Shown here piece by piece: positions 1-7,860 of a stretch of DNA of 20,019 nucleotides. The notes under the pieces are model-generated. The model made no database searches and had not been told where the DNA came from. It worked only from the letters and a program-made list of their open reading frames with translations. The first letter of the stretch is position 1. Each line of letters starts with the position of its first letter. The DNA comes from an archaeon (GTDB taxonomy: Archaea; Asgardarchaeota; Thorarchaeia; Thorarchaeales; Thorarchaeaceae), in NCBI GenBank assembly GCA_024275415.1, contig JAJRZD010000121.1, positions 1 to 20,019 of the forward strand, in the 5' to 3' direction. Position numbers and translations under genes: made by a program.

Positions 1-1
1 C

Positions 2-364
2 GAGTTTGTCCCAGCAGTACGTGCGGCTGAAACCCGTGCGAAAATGAACATCACTGTAATTCGGAGGGGCTGTGGCTCATGGGAGTGCAGATGCCATGAC
101 CCGCACAGCATCCCATTCACCTCAGATGGCAAATCTGGTTCTGTTAGGGTTTCATTGCGTCCTGCCCCCAAAGGCACAGGGCTCGTAACGGCTGATGTAG
201 GGAAAATTGTTCTCAGGATTGCTGGGCTGAAGGATATCTGGTCCATAACAAAAGGACGGTCAAGAACATCTTCTAATTTCGCCAAGGCCCTTGTAGATGC
301 GCTGATGAACACATATCGAATGTTACCGCCACAAGAGTGGTCATACACAGGAGTGATTGAATAA
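2..364 (+). CDS. rps5: 30S ribosomal protein uS5, C-terminal part (5'-truncated by window edge)
   Basis: The frame is open from base 2 (EFVPAVRAAETRAKMNITVIRRGCGSWECRC..HSIP..GKSGSVRVSLRPAPKGTGLV). This is the archaeal uS5 signature. The ATG at 44 in the ORF track is internal. The stop TAA (362-364) overlaps the next ATG. Confidence 0.97.
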   Translation, partial: EFVPAVRAAETRAKMNITVIRRGCGSWECRCHDPHSIPFTSDGKSGSVRVSLRPAPKGTGLVTADVGKIVLRIAGLKDIWSITKGRSRTSSNFAKALVDALMNTYRMLPPQEWSYTGVIE

Positions 365-846
365 TGAGTTCGGACGAAAAAGTTATTCTGGCAATCCGTG
401 TGCGCGGCAGAGTCCGGGTTCGCCCTCAAATCGAGGACACACTGAACAAGCTTAGTCTAGTTAGGCTTCATCATGCAAGAGTGTTCAAGACCACGCCCAG
501 TATCCAAGGTATGATAACAAAAGTGAAGGATTATATCACTTGGGGCGAAATCAATGAAGAAACTCTCCTCAAATTGCTTGTGAAGCGAGGACGACTATCG
601 GGGAACAGGAAGCTGACCGATTCTTATGTGAAAAAGAACTCAGCGTACAACTCGATGAAGGCACTCGCAAAAGCAATCATTGCCGGTAAGGCAACAACCG
701 CTGATGTAGAAGGTCTCAAGCCAATCTTCAGATTGACTCCTCCTAAGAAGGGTTTCGACGGGAAGAAAAAGTTCCCTGTCACTATGGGAGGCGTGACCGG
801 CTACAGAGGCGATGATATCAATCAACTCGCCCAACGAATGTTATAG
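364..846 (+). CDS. rpl30: 50S ribosomal protein uL30 (archaeal long form)
   Basis: Motifs AIRVRG, DTLNKL.L.R.H, GMITKVKDYITWGEI, FRLTPPKKGF and GYRGDDIN.L..RML. Canonical position after uS5 with a TAATG overlap. Confidence 0.97.
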   Translation: MSSDEKVILAIRVRGRVRVRPQIEDTLNKLSLVRLHHARVFKTTPSIQGMITKVKDYITWGEINEETLLKLLVKRGRLSGNRKLTDSYVKKNSAYNSMKALAKAIIAGKATTADVEGLKPIFRLTPPKKGFDGKKKFPVTMGGVTGYRGDDINQLAQRML

Positions 847-852
847 GAAAAG

Positions 853-1410
853 GTGGTCATAGTGTCTTGGGATGATAATCCATTTGACCGGTCGGACGAT
901 GAGGCTCGTGAAGCTCTTCGAAGATGGCTCGGAGAGTTCCTTCCTGAGTCCATGTTCCGTCAGATCGAGGAAATGATGGAACAGATGATGAGACAAATGA
1001 AGGATGGGAAACTCTTCGACCCGAATATGATGGAGAAATTCATGAGTGACCCGAAGAACACGAATCCCTTCGTCTTTGGATTCTCCATGAAGGTCGGGCC
1101 AGATGGAAAACCCATCATCCAACGTTTTGGGAACGCCCCTGTAGACGACGGATCCAAACTGACTCCCCATCTTGAACCATTGGTCGATGTCATCGAGGAA
1201 TCAGATGAGATCGTGGTCGTCGCAGAGGTGCCTGGCGTAGAGAAGGATGAGATCAAGGTTCGTATCAAGGGACGTACTCTTACTATTGAAGTCAACAATT
1301 CCGAGCGCCCTTATCATAAGAGCTTAGAACTTCCTTCGAAGGTCAAGAAAGATGATGCCAAGTCGGCACTTAGAAACGGCGTACTTGAGATACGTCTAAG
1401 GAAGGCATAG
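853..1410 (+). CDS. hsp20: Archaeal small heat-shock protein (Hsp20/alpha-crystallin family); start may be GTG 862
   Basis: PFVFGFSMKVGPDGKP..RFGN is followed by an alpha-crystallin domain (EPLVDVIEESDEIVVVAEVPGVEKDEIKV...LELP...A..RNGVLEIRL). The SD-like AGGTGG at 851-856 fits GTG 862 better than GTG 853. Confidence 0.95.
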   Translation: MVIVSWDDNPFDRSDDEAREALRRWLGEFLPESMFRQIEEMMEQMMRQMKDGKLFDPNMMEKFMSDPKNTNPFVFGFSMKVGPDGKPIIQRFGNAPVDDGSKLTPHLEPLVDVIEESDEIVVVAEVPGVEKDEIKVRIKGRTLTIEVNNSERPYHKSLELPSKVKKDDAKSALRNGVLEIRLRKA

Positions 1411-1416
1411 TGAGGA

Positions 1417-1875
1417 ATGACAAGAATGCAGAAGAGAAAGTCAAAGAAGATCCATAAATTGAGAGGCCAGCGATCCGCAGGTTACGGGTTTACAAAAGGT
1501 CATAGGGCGTCCGGCCAACGTGGTGGAAAGGGTATGGCCGGGTCGAAGAAACACCATTACATCAAAGTAATGCAAGAAAACCCCAATTACTTCGGAAAGC
1601 ATGGGTTCAAGCGTCCCCAGAAGGTACTCGAAACCGTCAACACTATCAATGTGGGTGAGCTGGACGAGGCTGCTGACAGGCTTGTTGAGCGCGGCATCGC
1701 AGCCATGAAAGGTAAGCGATACCAGATTGATTTGACCCGACTTGGAGTTGACAAGGTTCTCGGAGCTGGAAAAGTTACCAAGAAGATGGATCTGGTCGGT
1801 GTCAAGGATATCAGCGAACGTGCCAAGGAAAAAATACTCGGCATCGGCGGTACACTTGACCTGAAAGAAGACTGA
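1417..1875 (+). CDS. rpl15: 50S ribosomal protein uL15
   Basis: KLRGQRSAGYG..KGHRASGQRGGKGMAG.KKH, YFGKHGFKRP and KVLGAG..TKK..SERAKEKI..GG. SD-like GAGGA at 1412-1416. Confidence 0.97.
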   Translation: MTRMQKRKSKKIHKLRGQRSAGYGFTKGHRASGQRGGKGMAGSKKHHYIKVMQENPNYFGKHGFKRPQKVLETVNTINVGELDEAADRLVERGIAAMKGKRYQIDLTRLGVDKVLGAGKVTKKMDLVGVKDISERAKEKILGIGGTLDLKED

Positions 1876-1895
1876 AAAACTGAAAACCGCAGTTA

Positions 1896-1961
1896 GCCTC
1901 CCACAGACCAATGACGGTCTGAGGGGGAGGCAGTCTATTTCTTCTCGCCATCTCTTTTTTT
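1896..1961 (+). terminator. Hairpin plus T7 tract downstream of rpl15 (putative terminator / 3' UTR structure)
   Basis: GCCTCCC (1896-1902) pairs with GGGAGGC (1925-1931) and encloses CAGACC/GGTCTG (1904-1909/1916-1921). A pyrimidine tract ends in TTTTTTT (1955-1961). Confidence 0.55.
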
Positions 1962-2107
1962 ACACGACATGAGTCCTTGCTGGATACAAGTTCGGCAATT
2001 CTCTGTACCTCAACTCCGGTATGAACCCCGATGGAATCTGCAAAGAAACATCTTTCCTACCATTATCTTTTTGTTTCTCTCAGAATCCACTATGAACGAC
2101 CATTAGC

Positions 2108-2113
2108 TTTAAA
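2108..2113 (+). promoter_or_regulatory. Putative TATA box for secY
   Basis: TTTAAA lies about 54 nt upstream of the secY ATG and downstream of the T7 tract. A GAGGT SD-like motif precedes the ATG. Confidence 0.4.
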
Positions 2114-2166
2114 GGTAGACCTCAGCTGAAAACACGAAAACATCCTGCAGATGAGGTTCTAATAAC

Positions 2167-3633
2167 ATGCCGTCAGCATTCTTGAAGGCTTTATCGCCGT
2201 TTGTGCGTGTGATGCCAGAGGTCAAACAGCCTGACCGAGAGGTGTCATTCCGAGAGAAGATGACATGGACTATTGTAGTCCTGATTGTCTTCCTGATCAT
2301 GAGCCATCTTCCGCTCTACGGTGTAGATGCGGGAGCTGGGACCGACTACCTATGGGCAATGCGAGTCATTCTCGCTAGCACTCGTGGTACATTAATGGAG
2401 CTTGGAATAGGACCAATAGTCACTGCAGGACTTGTCATGCAGCTCCTCTCTGGGTCGAAGATTATTGATGTGGACTTTGGAGACCCCGAAGACCGTGCGT
2501 TATTTACTGGGGGTCAGAAGGTTCTTGCCATGTTCATGACCGCGTTCCAAGCGATTGCATATATCGCTGGCCGAGCATATGGCGACCTCTCTCCTGAACA
2601 AGCCGTCATCGTGTTCCTGCAGCTCTTCTTCGCAGGAATTATCGTCATTCTGATGGATGAGCTCGTCCAGAAGGGCTGGGGGCTTGGTTCTGGAGTATCC
2701 CTCTTCATTATGACAAATGTTGCGGGTCAGGTCATATTCAATATGTTCAATGTCCTGAATATTAGCGATGACAGCCTACCAAAAGGAATCATTGCTGCAA
2801 TAATCTCAAACATTCTTCGTTGGGCTGGGGTTGGCGTATCAGTGAACACTCCTGTCGTCGATGCGGGCTCGTTGTTCTTTAGGAATGGCATCGATCCGAG
2901 CATATTCTCGCTCATCATCACGTTTTTCATCTTCGGAGCGGTTCTATACATGGAGTCTGTCCGAGTGGAAATCCCGCTGCAATATGCGCGTTATCGTGGA
3001 ATGAAAGCGCGATATCCTATTAAGCTCCTGTACACCTCAAATATCCCTGTGATACTTGCTCAGGCCCTGTATGCCAACATCATCTTCTTTGGACAGATTC
3101 TCTGGAATTGGCATCAGGGCACAAACGTATTCCTGAATATCTTGGGTGAATATGAAACGGTGAATGGGCAAATGCGGGCAACGAGCGGACTAGCATTCTA
3201 TATAACCCCGCCTCAAGGTCTCTTCAGCATCTTTGAGGAAGGAAGTAGGGGATTCCTTCATGTGCTCTTCTATGCTGCTATGATGATATTCCTGTGTTGG
3301 GGTTTCTCCAAGGTGTGGGTAGATATCTCAGGCATAGCGCCACGTGATGTATCACGGCAGCTCCTCGATTCGGGATACATCGTGCCAGGCTTCCGCCGAA
3401 GTGAGAAGGTACTCGAACGTCTCTTACAACGATATATCCCTGTGGTGGCTGGTTTAGGCGGGTTCCTTGTAGGAGTGCTTGCAGCGGCTGCGGATGTGTT
3501 GGGTGCGCTATCTAGTGGGACGGGGATTCTGCTGATGGTATCTATAATAAAGCAGTACTACGAACAGATTGCGAAGGAGCAACTCGCCCAGATGGGTGGC
3601 GAAGGCGTAACAGGATTGCTTGGAATACTATAA
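2167..3633 (+). CDS. secY: Preprotein translocase subunit SecY / Sec61alpha
   Basis: Multiple TM segments, with motifs MPEVKQP.REVSFREK..WT, RGTLMELGIGPIVTAGLVMQLL, DELVQKGWGLGSGVSLFI, YPIKLLYTSNIPVIL, PGFRR and SGTGILLMVSI..QYYEQI. Confidence 0.98.
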   Translation: MPSAFLKALSPFVRVMPEVKQPDREVSFREKMTWTIVVLIVFLIMSHLPLYGVDAGAGTDYLWAMRVILASTRGTLMELGIGPIVTAGLVMQLLSGSKIIDVDFGDPEDRALFTGGQKVLAMFMTAFQAIAYIAGRAYGDLSPEQAVIVFLQLFFAGIIVILMDELVQKGWGLGSGVSLFIMTNVAGQVIFNMFNVLNISDDSLPKGIIAAIISNILRWAGVGVSVNTPVVDAGSLFFRNGIDPSIFSLIITFFIFGAVLYMESVRVEIPLQYARYRGMKARYPIKLLYTSNIPVILAQALYANIIFFGQILWNWHQGTNVFLNILGEYETVNGQMRATSGLAFYITPPQGLFSIFEEGSRGFLHVLFYAAMMIFLCWGFSKVWVDISGIAPRDVSRQLLDSGYIVPGFRRSEKVLERLLQRYIPVVAGLGGFLVGVLAAAADVLGALSSGTGILLMVSIIKQYYEQIAKEQLAQMGGEGVTGLLGIL

Positions 3634-3648
3634 GACCATACTCGAAGA

Positions 3649-3681
3649 GGAAGGGATTTACTCCCTTCCCATTTTCCTTTT
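3649..3681 (+). terminator. Stem-loop plus T-rich tract after secY
   Basis: Perfect 8-bp stem GGAAGGGA (3649-3656) / TCCCTTCC (3662-3669) with a 5-nt loop, followed by CATTTTCCTTTT. Confidence 0.6.
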
Positions 3682-3844
3682 GTACAAGTCCCCTTCTTAT
3701 TCTTCATCTCTCAAAATGGTATGATTTTAGGACAACAAAACTTGTACCATAGAGAACCGAGTGTCAAACTCGCGGAAGTGACTCGGTTTGCACAAACCTA
3801 GACCTTATCAGTGAGAGCGCTGTTCATATCACTCGGTTATTGAA

Positions 3845-5197
3845 TTGTTGGAGCAAAGGAACATTTCCACATCAGCACCCGAATCCCGCCCTTATACGGC
3901 CGTTTTTTGGGATGTCGAGAATGTACATGATGAGCCAGAAACACATGAGAGGCTGACACAAGCGATTCGCGAGAAGGGAACTGTCGTCAAGTCATTCGCC
4001 TTTGCCGATTGGGACTCGCGACGAACTGTAGCCGTGAACCTTCACAATCTCGGCTATGATCTTATCCATATTCCCGACTCAAGGGACAATGCTGCGGACT
4101 ATAAGATGGCTGCTTACATCTTGGAGCATGTGGTTCGATATCCTGAAACGCAACAATATGTATTGATATCCGGTGATGGCGACTTCAAGCTGCTTGCTGG
4201 TGCTTTGAAAGAAAAGGGATTCGACCTATGGGTCATCAGCAACCCCATCATAACAGCCTCAGAGTTGACTGACCTTGCGACAACCTATTCTGATATCCAT
4301 TCTTTCAGACAATCACACCTGCCCTGTTCCACCCCCGAGGATTGTGAGAAGCTTATGGGGGATGTCGATGAGATGCGACACCTTGCTGCTACTCGGCTTC
4401 AGGAAGCGATTCTGACCATCCAAGAAGCTGGCAATAGACCTGGTATTGGACATGTGAAGCATGTGATGAAGGCGCTTAACCCAACATTCTCAGAGCAAAC
4501 TCTTGGATTCCGAACTTGGAACGAATTCATTGACTGGGTAGAATATGAGGACTACGTGAAGCGAGAGGGCGAACTTCCTGGAACTATCCTTGTGGTTCCA
4601 GAGATCTCAACTCCTGAGAAGAGTGAGAACATCCGTCAAGCAAAGGATGCCTTCAAGACTCTTTGTCAGGTAGTGGAAGAGAGGATAGACGATGGAACCG
4701 AACCTACACTCAGTGATGTCAGAATAGCGCTTGACAATCTGGGGATGGACTTCACTTCCCTCGGATATCCCACCATTGCTGACTTTGTGTTAGCCGCTGA
4801 AAAAAGAGGCTTTGTTCGGGTCATAGCCTATGAGGATGAAACCCCTGTCATTGTCCCAGATGTGACTGTTGATCGAGTTCGTTTATGGTTCGAGGAGAAT
4901 GTCACCAAGTACTTTGGCAAGTCCGCGAATGTTCCAAAGAGGGAATTCCTTGAGAAAATTGCACGATTGTTAGTCAGCTCACGAACATCTTTGAAACGAC
5001 TAGAATCATATCTTGAGGACAAAGCAATACGCACAAAATACGACGGGATACTGACAGCGAGTGATCTTCTGTTCCTTCCACCATTCCAGATGTGCATGGT
5101 GCATGTCTTGTTTGGTCAAGGGCTGAATTGTCTTGAGGTGGTCGAGAAGGTCAATCTTGAGCTTAGTCCGCTAGGCATCACTTTGAAATGTCCCTGA
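3845..5197 (+). CDS. NYN (PIN-fold) ribonuclease-domain protein with two LOTUS/OST-HTH-like domains; start codon uncertain (TTG)
   Basis: NYN motifs AVFWDVENV, DNAADYKM and YVLISGDGDFKLL..LKEKG. Two repeats end in F..QTLGFRTWNEFI and MDFTSLGYPTIADFV, matching the LOTUS 'yGf..l.dfl' pattern. Confidence 0.85.
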   Translation: MLEQRNISTSAPESRPYTAVFWDVENVHDEPETHERLTQAIREKGTVVKSFAFADWDSRRTVAVNLHNLGYDLIHIPDSRDNAADYKMAAYILEHVVRYPETQQYVLISGDGDFKLLAGALKEKGFDLWVISNPIITASELTDLATTYSDIHSFRQSHLPCSTPEDCEKLMGDVDEMRHLAATRLQEAILTIQEAGNRPGIGHVKHVMKALNPTFSEQTLGFRTWNEFIDWVEYEDYVKREGELPGTILVVPEISTPEKSENIRQAKDAFKTLCQVVEERIDDGTEPTLSDVRIALDNLGMDFTSLGYPTIADFVLAAEKRGFVRVIAYEDETPVIVPDVTVDRVRLWFEENVTKYFGKSANVPKREFLEKIARLLVSSRTSLKRLESYLEDKAIRTKYDGILTASDLLFLPPFQMCMVHVLFGQGLNCLEVVEKVNLELSPLGITLKCP

Positions 5198-5266
5198 TGA
5201 AAAATGCAAGCCAATATATGCAAAAGTTTCTCTGTACCTACTATCATATTCTTGGAGGACAGGTAA

Positions 5267-6343
5267 ATGACTACAGTATGGGAGCGACTGGCTGATGTAT
5301 TAAACAAGATCCCCAATAGTTATGCTCACATTGATGACAACACTCACTTGGAGGTACTAAAGTGGATATTCACCGAGGAGGAAGCAGATCTAGCTAGCAG
5401 AATGAAACTTATGGGGGAAACGGTCGACGAGATGGCACTCCGTTTGAACATGGAACTTACTGCACTTACTCCATTGTTGGAACGTATGGCCAAGAAAGGA
5501 CAGATTAGAGCTTGGAACTCCAGCACAGGTCGCAGATATGCATTGCTCCCATTTGCTGTCGGAATCTATGAAGAGCAATTAGGAAGGATGGACTCCGAGT
5601 TCGCCCGATTGATCGAAGGCTATTTCATGAAAGGAAAAGGAACGGGGCTCTTTGACACAGAGCCAGCCATCTTCAAGGTAATCCCCGTGAACAAAGCGAT
5701 TCAGTCAGAGGTTGAGATCAAGCCATACCAGATAGCAGAGAACATGATAGAGAATGCAAAATCATGGGGGCTCCGAGAATGCATCTGCAAGAAGCAGCAG
5801 GCTCTCCTTGAGAACCCCTGCAAATACCCAACATCAGTGTGTATCATATTCGCCCGAAAAGAGAATGCTTTTGATGAGAGTGAGTTGACCAAGCCCATCA
5901 CGAAGGATGAGGCTCTCCAAAAGCTGAGGGAATCCGAGGAGGCCGGGCTGGTTCATTGCACCATGAACGTTCAGCAGGGACATAACTATATCTGCAATTG
6001 CTGCACCTGCTGTTGTAATGTTCTTCGGGGGGTATCCCTGTCAGATCAACCCCATGCCTTTGTCAAGTCCGATTATTTGATCTCCATAGATGAAGATCTC
6101 TGCAGTGGCTGTGGTACTTGCGTCGAACGCTGCCAATTTGATGCATTATCCATCCCCGAGGATGTTGCTGTTGCTAACATTGAGCGATGCATCGGATGTG
6201 GTGTTTGTACTGTCACCTGTCCGGAGAACGCCATGTCGTTGATAGATCGAACTGGTGAAAAGCAGGAACCACCAGAAGGGCTTATGGACTGGATGACCCA
6301 GAAGGCAACCTCAAGAGGTGTTGACCCCTCGGATCTCCTTTAG
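5267..6343 (+). CDS. 4Fe-4S dicluster (polyferredoxin-like) protein with N-terminal HTH-like region
   Basis: C-terminal CSGCGTCVERC and CIGCGVCTVTCP ferredoxin motifs, plus ECICKK..C..C and YICNCCTCCCNVLRG. SD GGAGG upstream. Confidence 0.85.
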   Translation: MTTVWERLADVLNKIPNSYAHIDDNTHLEVLKWIFTEEEADLASRMKLMGETVDEMALRLNMELTALTPLLERMAKKGQIRAWNSSTGRRYALLPFAVGIYEEQLGRMDSEFARLIEGYFMKGKGTGLFDTEPAIFKVIPVNKAIQSEVEIKPYQIAENMIENAKSWGLRECICKKQQALLENPCKYPTSVCIIFARKENAFDESELTKPITKDEALQKLRESEEAGLVHCTMNVQQGHNYICNCCTCCCNVLRGVSLSDQPHAFVKSDYLISIDEDLCSGCGTCVERCQFDALSIPEDVAVANIERCIGCGVCTVTCPENAMSLIDRTGEKQEPPEGLMDWMTQKATSRGVDPSDLL

Positions 6344-6408
6344 GTCATGCCAGCAAGAACCGACTGCAGAAGCAATATCCAATAATTAGAACATCTCACC
6401 GATGGCGC

Positions 6409-7857
6409 GTGCAAAAAATGGATGCCGAGGAGCTAGTAAGAAAACACGGTTCAAAGATTGACCGGCTTTTTGATACAGTGGCATCTGTTGATGTATTCCA
6501 ACGACAATTCGGAGCCGAACTCACATCATGGGAGCTGAAGTTCCAACGAGAGTTCAGTGAGCGTAAAACCTCCATCTCTTCCACATACAAAGGATTCGTT
6601 CATCATACCAAGACTCCTTTGACCATACTTCTGACTCCGAGTCCTTGGATGCTAGAGGGCATTTTCGTTTATTTCACCCACGAAGCCGACATACCTCCTG
6701 ATGGTGCTTTCATTCGTGTCAAAGGATCTTCGATAGCATTGCCTTACCTTCTCCAAAGAAATCAGGGTGTTGTGAAGACAATCCACGCTCAAGAATTCGA
6801 GCAGCAGGAACTGGATATGACCTCCGAAATCACCACCCCTCCTCGGCTAAAGGAACTTTCAGCCCTGCTTTTCGAACATGTCGGGATGCCCAATGTCAGT
6901 AAGAAAATCTTCTCGCATCTTTATGTTTCAAGTCCTCCGATTTTCGAGTCTATTGGAGGTCTCACCACTGGAGTGCAGGCTATCGCTTCCCGAAAACAGA
7001 TGAAGCGTCTTTTCACGTTTATGCGTCAGGTTCTCCCGCCATCCTTTAGAACATCGAAAAAGGCTCATCAGAGAATTCATGGTGTCCATGTCAGGATTCC
7101 CCGAAAATGGAGGATGGAGTCAGGCTCGTTGAAGTCGTCGAAACTAAAGTCAGTGTGCGTCAAGCGAACAGATCCGGCGGGCTTCCAAGAGGTTTCAATT
7201 GCTGCTCTCACCAACTCTTCGACTGGGGCAATGCCTGACATCCCTCTTGCTATTTCCACAGAGGACTTTTGGATTGAATCGGGGAATCCTGCAGAGTATC
7301 GTTTGCCTATCCTAAAGGCTGCAATCACATATCAACTGCTCTCCCCTCGGGTCACTCAGCGTAGCATCAATGCAGGGTTGTCCCATGTTGAGGAGCGCCT
7401 CGAACTCCTTCGAAACAGCTTCGGATTGGAAAGTAATTCGTTAGCGCGAGGCCACATCCTTGATGCAGACGTGCTGGGGCGGCCTCTCAGTGCAGTGAAG
7501 CTCGCTCGTTCCGTAGCAAGAGCATCATGGAAACCAAAAATCACATCCAGTGACATCAAAAAGGCATGGAATTCCATTCTCGAACCTGCTCTCAAAGAAT
7601 ATATCGAGATTGCGGAAATCAAGGAAGATGCAACATCTCGGTGGGGTAGGGATGTGCGTCTTGAAAACTATGACTCACGAATCCTTCGTGCACTCCAGAA
7701 AATTGACTCTGGGAAAAAAGGCACTCCTGGCCCCACTCTCGAAGAGATTTCACAAGAGGCGGGAGTAGCCCCGCACAAAGTGGCACAGACCCTTCAACGG
7801 ATGAAGGATGATGGTGTCATCTATGAGCCAAGGTTGGGGCACTATCGGTTAGTTTGA
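6409..7857 (+). CDS. Hypothetical protein with C-terminal winged helix; candidate degenerate MCM-like protein (start may be ATG 6418)
   Basis: Long clean ORF. The C-terminus LEEISQEAGV..HKVAQTLQRMKDDGVIYEPRLGHYRLV is an MCM/RPA32-type winged helix. GRPLSAVKLARSVARASWKPKITSSDIKKA resembles the MCM sensor-2/lid helices. No Walker A motif is present. The coding call is strong; the family call is an inference. Confidence 0.6.
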   Translation: MQKMDAEELVRKHGSKIDRLFDTVASVDVFQRQFGAELTSWELKFQREFSERKTSISSTYKGFVHHTKTPLTILLTPSPWMLEGIFVYFTHEADIPPDGAFIRVKGSSIALPYLLQRNQGVVKTIHAQEFEQQELDMTSEITTPPRLKELSALLFEHVGMPNVSKKIFSHLYVSSPPIFESIGGLTTGVQAIASRKQMKRLFTFMRQVLPPSFRTSKKAHQRIHGVHVRIPRKWRMESGSLKSSKLKSVCVKRTDPAGFQEVSIAALTNSSTGAMPDIPLAISTEDFWIESGNPAEYRLPILKAAITYQLLSPRVTQRSINAGLSHVEERLELLRNSFGLESNSLARGHILDADVLGRPLSAVKLARSVARASWKPKITSSDIKKAWNSILEPALKEYIEIAEIKEDATSRWGRDVRLENYDSRILRALQKIDSGKKGTPGPTLEEISQEAGVAPHKVAQTLQRMKDDGVIYEPRLGHYRLV

Positions 7858-7860
7858 TCC

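Noticed and set aside
68-110. Cys/His cluster GCGSWECRCHDPH in uS5
   Set aside because: This is a normal feature of archaeal uS5 and not novel.
640-1911. Minus-strand ORFs over rpl30, hsp20 and rpl15 (640-834, 841-1170, 960-1298, 1441-1911, 1587-1844)
   Set aside because: They are antisense to confidently identified genes. The other short nested ORFs in the track were rejected for the same reason.
1869-1936. Possible SECIS element or selenoprotein
   Set aside because: No in-frame UGA in any nearby gene, including the Cys-rich Fe-S protein, and no AUGA/GA kink-turn core flanking a stem was evident.
1969-2106. 45-codon plus-strand ORF in the rpl15-secY spacer
   Set aside because: No SD, no motif, and it starts right after a T7 tract; probably chance.
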